From Thermomicrobiales bacterium (GTDB lineage: Bacteria; Chloroflexota; Chloroflexia; Thermomicrobiales; JALYUS01), in the NCBI GenBank assembly GCA_038232175.1, contig JBBSII010000001.1:1-33322 (forward strand): 33,322 bases of DNA, in the 5' to 3' direction. Shown here one piece after another: positions 15,829 through 23,649 of the stretch. Numbering within the stretch: the first letter of the stretch is position 1; each line of letters begins with the position of its first letter. The position numbers and the translations under genes are program-made. Below the pieces are notes generated by a model, which was given only the letters and a program-made list of their open reading frames with translations, did no database searches and had not been told where the DNA came from.

Positions 15829-17217
15829 TTATGATGAGATAGCCGCCATAGATTCAACCGTCGGCAGCCCAGCCGCATCATTGAGCGGACGCCATGCCTC
15901 AACCATCGCCGGAATCGCCACACTCCTCGCCTCCGCTGCCAGTTCGTCGCTGAGGGTGCGGGCGAGCGAGATGGCGCGGTCGGTGGTGGAATCGACGAGG
16001 GCACGAAGGGTGGCGACGGCGCGCGTATGTTCGCCACGGACGAGATAGCGTTCGGCCTCGGCTTCGGCGTCGTCCGCCTCCGTGCGGAACTGCGCTTCCA
16101 ACGCAGACAATTGTGCGCGGGCGACGGGCGCGAGGGTGGGGGCCTGCGCGACGATGCGCTGCAACCGCTCGAAGGCCCACCACGGCGAGGCGGGATCGTA
16201 CGTCGCGCTGCCAACATCGAGGATGGCGGGCAGGCCGACGAGCACTGGATAGACGGGACGGAAGACGCTCAGGCAGGGCGAACCGAACGCCGTCCAGCAG
16301 ACGACGTTCAACTCGCGGTGCCGGTCGTGTCGGAGGTGGCAGACCATCGCGGCGGCCGTCTCGCCGGTGCGGGCGGGCGCCATGTGCATACAGATCGAGG
16401 GGAGGGGCTGCGGCCCGGTTGGCAGGTCGCCGTCGTAATGGTCGCGGAGGAGCGCCTGCATCCCCTCCACCCTGACGGGCGCGCGGTAGCCGTCGAGCAC
16501 GGCGCGGGCGCGGTCGAGGCGGCAGGCGCGGGGCCGGAGGTCCGCCTCCGGGTCCTGGTACGCGGCGGCGAAGTCGAACGGCGTGCCGCCCCAGCACTGC
16601 TCCTGCGCGTGCTGCACCGCGCCGGGCGAACAGGCGTCCCACTCGTCGCGGATCGTGTAGAGGTTGGAGATTGCCGCGCGATCCCGCACGCACCGGGCAA
16701 CCCAGCGATGCCCCATCGTTTCGAGAATCCACGCCCCCGCCGGGTCCGCGACGATGAAGGAGTTGTGGTAGGTGCGGAAGCTGTTCGCTTCGCAGGAGCC
16801 GCCCTGCCCGTACCGCTCGACGAGGCTGCCGATGATCCGCACGGCGAGGTCCGCCGTGCGCGCCCGCTCTAACCCTAGCCGGACGAGGTCCATGCCGATC
16901 AGCGCGGCGTCCTCGTCCGGCTCGCGCGAGCGCACCGCCTCGTTGCCGATGGTGACGCCCCACTCGTTGACACCCATCTCGAAGCCCCAGAGCCAGTGCG
17001 GGCGGGAGCCGATCACCTCCCACGTCTCCTCAACCTGCGGGATGGCGATGTACTGGCAATGCACCGTGGAGTCAATGGGTTGCCGCTGGCGTGGCGCATG
17101 GAACAAGGGCTGGCACTCATTCGCCGCGCGGTCGCTGTTCTTGGCGAAGATCACCGAGCCGTCAACGGTCGCCGTGCCCGTCACGACCGATGTGTCGCAC
17201 GAAAGCGCTTCTTCCAT
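15829..17217 (-). CDS. Peptidase C69 family (Ntn-hydrolase dipeptidase)
   Basis: MEEALSCDTSVVTGTATVDGSVIFAKNSDR carries the nucleophile Cys and the DGS..NSD pattern, followed by GVNEWGVTIGNEA. ATG 17217 is preferred over 17271 because it avoids a 37-nt overlap with the upstream gene and has GGGAAAGGGG upstream. Confidence 0.85.
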   Translation of the reverse strand: MEEALSCDTSVVTGTATVDGSVIFAKNSDRAANECQPLFHAPRQRQPIDSTVHCQYIAIPQVEETWEVIGSRPHWLWGFEMGVNEWGVTIGNEAVRSREPDEDAALIGMDLVRLGLERARTADLAVRIIGSLVERYGQGGSCEANSFRTYHNSFIVADPAGAWILETMGHRWVARCVRDRAAISNLYTIRDEWDACSPGAVQHAQEQCWGGTPFDFAAAYQDPEADLRPRACRLDRARAVLDGYRAPVRVEGMQALLRDHYDGDLPTGPQPLPSICMHMAPARTGETAAAMVCHLRHDRHRELNVVCWTAFGSPCLSVFRPVYPVLVGLPAILDVGSATYDPASPWWAFERLQRIVAQAPTLAPVARAQLSALEAQFRTEADDAEAEAERYLVRGEHTRAVATLRALVDSTTDRAISLARTLSDELAAEARSVAIPAMVEAWRPLNDAAGLPTVESMAAISS

Positions 17218-17234
17218 TCCGTTTGCCCCTTTCC

Positions 17235-18260
17235 CTACGGATGCAACGCGGTCTGCCAGTCGAGTATGCATCCCATCGCCTCGGCGCGCCGGTCGGCGAG
17301 GAGCGCGAAGAGATCCGGCGCGTGCGCGGCCGGTTCGCGGTGGCTCACGAGGGCATCGACATTGACACGGCCCTCCGCGAGCAGTCGGAGCGCGACGGCG
17401 CGGTTCGCCGCCATCGTCCAGCGGTTGGCGAAGTTCGCGTGCTCCGGGTGCGTCGCGATGTGCGCGCCGATGATCGTCACGCCCGGTACGTGCACATCGC
17501 CGTAGAGGTCGAACTGCTCCACGATGCCGCGCGTGCTGCCCATCGCGACAACGCGCCCGTGCCGCGCCGCCATCTGGAGCGCGGGCTTCATCCCGGCGGG
17601 GCTGCCGGTGGATTCGAGGACGACATCGAACCGCCCGTCTCCCGTCTGCGCGGCGGCGCGCTCCGCGAAGTCCGGCGCTGCGGGGTCGAGCGCGATCAGC
17701 CCAACACGCTCCGCGTATCCCCGTCGCGCGGCGAGCGGGTCGGTGCCGACGACGGGGATGCTGCCGTTTGCCCGCGCCTGCTGCAGCGCGAGGTTGCCGA
17801 CCATCCCCAGGCCGACCGCCGCGACCCGATCACCGAGTTCGATCCTGGCGAGGCGCACGCCATTCATCGTGATGATGAGCAGCGTAACGAACGCCGCCTG
17901 CACGTCGGTGACGCCCTCCGGCACGACGGCGACATCGCGCGGTTCGAGCAGCGCGATGGAGGCGTGCGGCCCGTGACCGCAGACGCGGTCGCCGACGCCG
18001 ATCCCCTCCACGCCATTGCCGACTGCCCGCACGACGCCGACGTATGAGTAGCCTGGTCGGTACGGCTTGGCGCGCCAGTCGTCGCCCATCGCGCGGCGAT
18101 CGACGGTGATGCCGGTGTAGTTCGCCAGTTCCGTCCCGGTGCTAATAAGCGTGCACGTCGTCTCCGCGAGCAGATGGCCCGGCGGGGGCACGTCCGGCAA
18201 CGCGAAATCCTCCAATTCCATCGTGTACGGTCGAAACGCCACCAGCCGTTGCCCGCGCAT
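17235..18260 (-). CDS. Medium-chain (zinc-type) alcohol dehydrogenase family oxidoreductase
   Basis: TLISTGTELANY, a GLGMVGNLALQ Rossmann motif, and MDR-like length. ATG 18260 is preferred over the TTG at 18275. Confidence 0.8.
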   Translation of the reverse strand: MRGQRLVAFRPYTMELEDFALPDVPPPGHLLAETTCTLISTGTELANYTGITVDRRAMGDDWRAKPYRPGYSYVGVVRAVGNGVEGIGVGDRVCGHGPHASIALLEPRDVAVVPEGVTDVQAAFVTLLIITMNGVRLARIELGDRVAAVGLGMVGNLALQQARANGSIPVVGTDPLAARRGYAERVGLIALDPAAPDFAERAAAQTGDGRFDVVLESTGSPAGMKPALQMAARHGRVVAMGSTRGIVEQFDLYGDVHVPGVTIIGAHIATHPEHANFANRWTMAANRAVALRLLAEGRVNVDALVSHREPAAHAPDLFALLADRRAEAMGCILDWQTALHP

Positions 18261-18381
18261 TACCCCTACCCCCAATCCTTTCCCACGGGGAAAGCAGCAA
18301 AATTGGAACGTATCTCATCGAGCCGATGATAGAATGCATTACCTTTGCATGCGTGACAAACGGAAAATGGGAGGGGAGCAG

Positions 18382-18459
18382 ATGAACGTCGATCCCACAA
18401 CCGATCTGCGCTCTGGCGGCGTGGACCCCTTCGGCGCAGGCATCGTGGCGGGCCGGTAA
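18382..18459 (+). CDS. Candidate 25-aa micro-ORF (MNVDPTTDLRSGGVDPFGAGIVAGR)
   Basis: ATG sits 7 nt after GGGAGGGGAG. About 19 of 24 third codon positions are G/C. A strong hairpin lies 40 nt downstream. No homology recognised. Confidence 0.25.
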   Translation: MNVDPTTDLRSGGVDPFGAGIVAGR

Positions 18460-18490
18460 TGATGAAGCGGTAATTCGGCGCGTTTCATTC

Positions 18491-18522
18491 TCAATAAAGA
18501 GAGCCGCCCGGATGGGCGGCTC
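18491..18522 (-). terminator. Rho-independent terminator after the GlsB-like gene
   Basis: The stem gagccgccc/gggcggctc (18501-18522) is followed on the minus strand by tctttattga. Confidence 0.7.
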
Positions 18523-18550
18523 ATGTCATGCTGGGTGTTGCGAGTAAGGA

Positions 18551-18841
18551 TTAGACCGGCGACCGGCCACCCGTCACCGCGCGGACGATCCAGGTGAGGA
18601 TCAGCGCGCCGATGAACGCGACAACGATCGAGCCGATCAGCCCGTAGCTCGCATTGACGAAGAAGCCAATGATGAAGCCACCGACCAGGGCGCCAAGAAG
18701 GCCGACGATCAGGTCCTGAACGAGGCCACCACCGCCCGAACCCATCACCATGTGCGCGAGCCAGCCGGCGACTAGGCCAACGACGATCCAGCCGATGATC
18801 CCGAGACCGAAGTTGATCTTCGCGAACTCCACCAGTACCAT
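18551..18841 (-). CDS. GlsB/YeaQ/YmgE (transglycosylase-associated) family membrane protein
   Basis: GIIGWIVVGLVAGWLAHMVMG...LIVGLLGALVGGFI.... ATG 18841 has GGAGG 7 nt upstream. Confidence 0.85.
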   Translation of the reverse strand: MVLVEFAKINFGLGIIGWIVVGLVAGWLAHMVMGSGGGGLVQDLIVGLLGALVGGFIIGFFVNASYGLIGSIVVAFIGALILTWIVRAVTGGRSPV

Positions 18842-19208
18842 GAGAAGAACCTCCTGCGAAACTTGAACGAACCGACTCTCCGATTCACCATTACGCAAAC
18901 TCCGTGCCATGACCATCGCAAAAGGCTCGTGGTGTACGTTCAGGGTCTATTTGTCGTCCTATCCTCGCCCGCATGGTGAACCGAATTGAGATCACACTCC
19001 CGGCAACGTGTGACCCGCGATCCGTGTTATTTCCGTCATCAAGTCGCGCGGACGGTTCGCCGCCGCGCGGGAACCGCAAGCAGCGCCCGGTCGTTTATAA
19101 TCATAGTCCGCGAGACCATGCTTGTCGGGGCGATGGCGTGCGCGATGCGCGCACCGCCCGCCGCAGAGATCCTGACGGGACCGACCCGGAGAGGAGAGGG
19201 GAAACGTC

Positions 19209-20540
19209 ATGGTGGAAGATCGACCAGCCGAGGCGGCGCCTCCGTTGCTCCTGAACCGGTATCGCACCGAGGGGAAACTCGGCGAGGGCGGGCTTGGTAC
19301 CGTGGTAAAGGCGTTCGATACGCGCCTCAAGAATATGCGCGCGATCAAGACGCTGAAGGGCACGATCACGACCGATCCCGAGGCGTTCCGAGGGCTTGAG
19401 GAGCGCTTCACGCGGGAGGCGGAGGCGGGGTCGCGCATGGGGATCAACCCCAACCTCGTCGCCGTCTATGACCTCGTCGCGGATACGGACGGCACGCTCT
19501 ATCTCATCCTCGAGTACGTGCCCGGCGGCACGCTGGCGGACCGCCTGAAGCAGGGCACCGTGCCGCTCGAACAGGAGCTCCGCTGGACGGCGGACTCCTG
19601 CCGCGGCCTTCAGGCCGCGCACGATGTCGGCATCGTCCACCGCGATGTGAAACCCGCCAATATTTTCCTCGCCACGGACGGACGGGCGCAGGTCGGGGAT
19701 TTCGGCATCGCCCAGATCGACGACCTCTCCGGCCGCACGCGAAGCACGGTGGGGCATCCGGGGATGCCGCTCTATATGAGCCCCGAGTAAGGCGCACATG
19801 ACCGCCTACGTGCAGCCCGCGACGGACCAGTACAGCCTCGTCCTCGTCCTCTTCGAGTTATTGACGGGCGTCGCCTACCGCCGATTGGGTGCGCAGGAGG
19901 CGCAGGCGCGCCTCGCCGCACTCCCACGGCCTGTTGCCGCGCTGATCGAACGGATGACGGCGGGGAACCCAGACGAGCGGTACCCCTCGGTCGGCGCCGT
20001 GCGCCGCGATCCAGGCGATCGAGCGGTACGTTGCCGCCGACGTGCTCGATACCGCCCCGCCCGACGAGGAAGACCGCGCGACGCGCTTTGGTCCGGCGCC
20101 ACCGATCACCGCCGCGCTGCGGCCAGATGCGCCAACTCCCTCCACTACGGGGACGAGCGGCACGCCGCCCGTGAACCTCCATCCGGTGCCGCCCGTCGTG
20201 TACGCGCCACCTCCGCCGAACCCTGCCACGGCGCGGCGGGGCGGTATCGGTGGCCTGCTCGTCGTCGCGATCATCGCCATCGGCGCGCAACCCGACGACG
20301 GGAACCTGGAAGGCGTACACGGGCTACACGACCGATGTGTACATCGTCCGCATCACCGGCGGCGCGGAGCAGAAGGTGAGCACGAGCGGCGGCGGGCACC
20401 ACCCGTCGTGGCAGCGGGACATCCCGATGAAGATCCCCGCCCGACACCGATCCCGACGGTCGCTCCAACCGTGCCGCCTGCCACGCCGCAGCGCCCCCGA
20501 CATCGAGGCCGTAGCGCCGACTCGGATTGTGGGAATGCCT
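19209..20540 (+). pseudogene. Ser/Thr protein kinase with TM segment and PD40-like C-terminal repeat, disrupted by at least three frameshifts and truncated by an IS remnant
   Basis: Kinase motifs: [28 protein letters not shown], then a stop at 19788. The protein continues in other frames: DQYSLVLVLFELLTG...NPDERYPS, then QAIERYVAADVL...GGLLVVAIIAIGA, then GTWKAYTGYTTDVYIVRITGGAEQKVSTSGGGHHPSW. Confidence 0.8.
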
Positions 20541-20700
20541 CAGGGCTTATGGGTTCTCCATGAGATGGATACCGAGCAGGGAAAGCGCGGCGTGTAGCTC
20601 CCCGCTGTAGCAGTGGAATCGCTCGGCACTATGAACATGTCTGTGTCGATGGACGATGGAGCGCGATTCCTCGGTCTGCCCCCGTATGGCACGCCTCATG
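20541..20700 (-). mobile_element. Remnant of a second, diverged ISAs1-family element (terminal repeat plus the transposase C-terminus)
   Basis: The end cagggcttatgggttctcc resembles the IS end at 7739. The translated tail ERFHCYSGELHAALSLLGIHLMENP resembles ERLRFYSGNAHAALALLGIPIRENA. The inner boundary is approximate. Confidence 0.7.
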
Positions 20701-20751
20701 CGTGACGATGCTGCGTACAAATCGGTTAGCCGTTTCCCACCAGGAGGCTCC

Positions 20752-20943
20752 ATGCACGCCCCGCAGTCACACGAAGAACGACCCGGCACCAAGATGAGCG
20801 ATCCGGCGGAAGGGAAACGCACCGATGTGCGCGACACGCCTGCCACCGCGTACCCTGCCGATGTGCCCGAGCAATCCGGCGTCAAGACCGCCGCGCCCGC
20901 CGAGGGCGGCGACGATAGCAGCGGCGCGGAGCGGAAAAAGTAG
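20752..20943 (+). CDS. Hypothetical small acidic, disordered protein (63 aa)
   Basis: AGGAGG lies 4 nt before ATG 20752. Third-position G+C is high. No family recognised. Confidence 0.3.
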   Translation: MHAPQSHEERPGTKMSDPAEGKRTDVRDTPATAYPADVPEQSGVKTAAPAEGGDDSSGAERKK

Positions 20944-20952
20944 CTCGGATCT

Positions 20953-21130
20953 AGAAACCAGAAACCAGAAGCCAGAGCGATGGTGGCGTGTCGTGGTTTG
21001 CGCATGGATTCTGTGCCTCAGGCCTCAGGTATGGACGACCAACTTCAGCCACTGTCGTCCGGCTTCTGGCTTCTGGCTTCTGACCTCCGGCTTTTCCCCT
21101 TTGGCTTCCGGTTTCTGGTTTCTGGCTTCT
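20953..21130. repeat. Foldback element C: AGAAACC/AGAAGCC heptamers and two inverted arrays around a ~121 nt core
   Basis: The left arm agaaaccagaaaccagaagccagag (20953-20977) is 23/25 complementary to 21099-21123. There is an extra array ggcttctggcttctggcttctga at 21061-21083. The core has the hairpin ggacgac/gtcgtcc at 21033-21060. Confidence 0.8.
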
Positions 21131-21208
21131 TCCCCCGGACCGCACGGTGGTACACTGCCGCGCGTCTGCCTGTGCATTGGGGCGCGGCGGTGCGTGCGAA
21201 CGGGGGGA

Positions 21209-22054
21209 GTGGTGGGTAACACGGTCGTTCAGATAGTGATCTGGGCTGTTGTCGGCATCGGTGTGGGAACGTACGGGACGCTGGTTGGTGCGGGCGGCGG
21301 CTTCATCATGGTGCCGATCTTCCTGCTCGCCCTCTCCGGCATCAAACCCGCCGAGGCTGCGGGGACATCGCTCGCGGTCATCTTCTTCAATGCGCTCTCC
21401 GGCACCGCGTCGTACGTTCGTCAGGGCCGGGTGGATTTCTGGACGGCGAACCGCCTCGCCCTCGCGACGGTGCCCGGCGCAATTGTCGGCGCGTACCTCT
21501 CCAATCTCTTCTCCAGCCGCCCCTTCTACATCGTCTTCGGCATCTTCCTGATCGCGATTGCCGTCTTCCTCAATGTCCGGCCCGACCCGAAGAAGGTGAA
21601 GTACGTGCCGCTCTCACCGGACGACGAGCGCACCCTGCCGCGCGGGTGGGTCGAGCGGCGGATCGTGGACAAGAGTGGCGAGGAGTTTGTGTACGCCTAC
21701 AACTTCGCGGGCGCGATTGCCCTCTCATTCGTCGTCGGCTTCCTGTCGAGCATCCTCGGCATCGGCGGCGGCATCATCCATGTCCCGGCGCTCGTCTTCC
21801 TCTTCGGCTTCCCGGCGCACGTTGCCACCGCGACCTCGCACTACATCCTCGTCATCTCGGCGCTGGTCGGCTCAATCTCGCACCTCGTGCAGGGGGACAT
21901 CCGCTGGATACCGATGATCGGCCTCTCGGTCGGCGTCATTCCCGGCGCGCAAATTGGCGCGCAGATTTCCCGCCGGATGCAGGGCAAGTGGATCATCCGC
22001 AGCCTCTCAATCGCACTCGTCGTTGTCGGATTGCGGCTGCTGCTGAAGAAATGA
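21209..22054 (+). CDS. TauE/SafE (DUF81) family anion exporter membrane protein
   Basis: GTYGTLVGAGGGFIMVPIF...AGTSLAVIFFNALSGTASY...LGIGGGIIHVPAL. The start is uncertain (GTG at 21209, 21212 or 21194). The ORF-track extension to 20825 crosses the repeat element. Confidence 0.8.
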   Translation: MVGNTVVQIVIWAVVGIGVGTYGTLVGAGGGFIMVPIFLLALSGIKPAEAAGTSLAVIFFNALSGTASYVRQGRVDFWTANRLALATVPGAIVGAYLSNLFSSRPFYIVFGIFLIAIAVFLNVRPDPKKVKYVPLSPDDERTLPRGWVERRIVDKSGEEFVYAYNFAGAIALSFVVGFLSSILGIGGGIIHVPALVFLFGFPAHVATATSHYILVISALVGSISHLVQGDIRWIPMIGLSVGVIPGAQIGAQISRRMQGKWIIRSLSIALVVVGLRLLLKK

Positions 22055-22803
22055 ACGTCGCCCCAACTTCCCCGCCGCCCATGCCGCCCGGAGAGCACCC
22101 ACACCTGCCTTCCCTACCGGGAAAGAGGGAGACGGAAAGGAGTGCTCGGCACGGTGCGGCGTGGGCATGGCTAGTACCCATTAGTCTGCTCGTCGCGTTC
22201 GCCGTGGTGACGCTGCTGGTGTGGCGGGGCGCGACGGATCGCTTCGACGCCATGCTCCTGCCGCGCGTGCAGGCGGCGCTGCTGCCGCACCGCGCATGGT
22301 TCTGGGGGGCGATCTCGTGGCCGGGATACGGGCCGCAATCGCTCGGCGTGGCGGGGGTATTCGTCTACCTGGCATGGCGGTATCGCGGGCGGCGCGGCGC
22401 GCTCCTGATGCTTGCGGCGCTCGTTTCCTCGCCGCTCGGGTCGAGCATCAAGCACCTGATCGCGCGCCCCCGGCCCACGCCGGAGCAGGCGGAGGTCGTT
22501 GGGCAGTTCATCACCTCCTTCGCCTACCCGAGTGGCCATGTCCTGACATACACCGTGACGTGCGGGCTGCTCGTTCTGCTCATCCGCGATGCGTTACCGG
22601 CGGGGGGCTGGGAACGTAGAAGAGAGGAGATGATCTGCGGTATCCTTGCCGCGCTGGTGTTGGTGGTTGGCCCGTCGCGCATGGCGCTTGGCGACCACTG
22701 GCCCACGGACGTATTCGGTGCGTATCTGCTCGGTGGCGCGCTGCTCACGCTGCTCGCCCCGTGGCGTCATGCGTCAACGACTCTGCCCCTACCCCGGAGG
22801 TAG
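22051..22803 (+). CDS. PAP2-family phosphatase (membrane)
   Basis: Motifs: KHLIARPRP, PSGH, SRMALGDHWPTD (KxxxxxxRP / PSGH / SRxxxxxHxxxD). Its ATG overlaps the TauE stop (ATGA). Confidence 0.85.
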   Translation: MNVAPTSPPPMPPGEHPHLPSLPGKRETERSARHGAAWAWLVPISLLVAFAVVTLLVWRGATDRFDAMLLPRVQAALLPHRAWFWGAISWPGYGPQSLGVAGVFVYLAWRYRGRRGALLMLAALVSSPLGSSIKHLIARPRPTPEQAEVVGQFITSFAYPSGHVLTYTVTCGLLVLLIRDALPAGGWERRREEMICGILAALVLVVGPSRMALGDHWPTDVFGAYLLGGALLTLLAPWRHASTTLPLPRR

Positions 22804-22807
22804 CGGA

Positions 22808-23488
22808 ATGCTGCTCACTATTGTCGGCCTGCTCGCCGTCCTCGCGCTCGTCTCCTTCGTGCTCTGGCTCATCCTGAGCGCCGTCTACCGGTTTGCGCGG
22901 CAGCGCGCGCTGGCAGCGCGCGCGCAGGTGCGCGAGATGGCGCGGCAGGTCACTACCCGCCCGGACCCGCCCGCCGGGCCGGAATCGCTCGGGGACGCCG
23001 CCGCGAACGCGACGCCCTTCAACCCGGCCGTCTGGCTCCCTGTGCCGCCCGGTGTGACGCTCCTGCGGGTGGACAATGTGCCGATCTCACAGGCGGGGAA
23101 CCCCGCGCCGATGCTGCGGACGCGCGGCGTCACTGGCACCGCGCTCTGGTACCGCGCGTCGATGTCGTACCGCGAGGTCGCGGAGTGGTACGCCTCCCAT
23201 CTCCCGCAGGACGGCTGGCAGGAGGAGCCGGGGCACGGCGCGCTGCGCGTCTTCCAGCGGGCGAGCACGCTCCTCTGGGTTGCCGACGCGACGAACCCCG
23301 ATGTCTGGCGGCGACTGACGCAGCCGAACGCCGATCCGCCGCGCCGCACCGCAACCAAGGAAACGACAGCGGAGCCGACGTTCACCGTTCTCACCTACCG
23401 CACCGACGGCTCCGCGCCGCCGACATTTGGCCGCTGGCCATTCGGCGGGATGGGGCGCTTCGGCCCCGGCCCTGGCCCGCGTATCTGA
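22808..23488 (+). CDS. Membrane-anchored hypothetical protein
   Basis: N-terminal TM segment MLLTIVGLLAVLALVSFVLWLILSAVY. GGAGG lies 7 nt upstream. The gene starts 4 nt after the PAP2 stop. Confidence 0.65.
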   Translation: MLLTIVGLLAVLALVSFVLWLILSAVYRFARQRALAARAQVREMARQVTTRPDPPAGPESLGDAAANATPFNPAVWLPVPPGVTLLRVDNVPISQAGNPAPMLRTRGVTGTALWYRASMSYREVAEWYASHLPQDGWQEEPGHGALRVFQRASTLLWVADATNPDVWRRLTQPNADPPRRTATKETTAEPTFTVLTYRTDGSAPPTFGRWPFGGMGRFGPGPGPRI

Positions 23489-23500
23489 TCGCAACAGGGG

Positions 23501-23529
23501 TTCCTCATACCCGACGCATCACGTACAAT
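23501..23529 (+). promoter_or_regulatory. Possible sigma-70-type promoter (TTCCTC-17-TACAAT)
   Basis: The -35-like ttcctc is at 23501-23506 and the -10 tacaat is at 23524-23529, about 120 nt upstream of the TPP-enzyme start. Confidence 0.3.
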
Positions 23530-23594
23530 GCCCATAACGCGAGAACGGTTGAGAACATCGCCCTGTTGCCCGCTTCACACCTGCGATTCTCTGG

Positions 23595-23631
23595 ACGAAG
23601 GCCGATTTCGCAACGGATTCGTGGTTTTTTT
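23595..23631 (+). terminator. Weak hairpin plus T7 tract (terminator or leader attenuator) just upstream of the TPP-enzyme RBS
   Basis: The sequence is acgaaggccgatttcgcaacggattcgt followed by ggttttttt. The stem is only about 5 bp plus a 3-bp inner stem. Confidence 0.3.
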
Positions 23632-23649
23632 GGATCGAGGAGGGAAACT

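Noticed and set aside
18382-18459. The micro-ORF as a lasso-peptide or other RiPP precursor.
   Set aside because: There is no Asp/Glu at ring positions 7-9 after a Gly/Ser/Ala/Cys start. There is no adjacent cyclase, protease or other maturation gene.
20953-21130. Tandem heptamer arrays as a possible CRISPR array.
   Set aside because: Units are only 7-9 nt and directly adjacent, with no spacers. No cas genes are present.
23530-23649. TPP riboswitch in the leader of the TPP-dependent enzyme (ttgaga ... acctg ... gga resemblance).
   Set aside because: Only scattered matches to the THI-box consensus, with no convincing P1-P5 pairing. The downstream gene is not a thiamine biosynthesis or transport gene.
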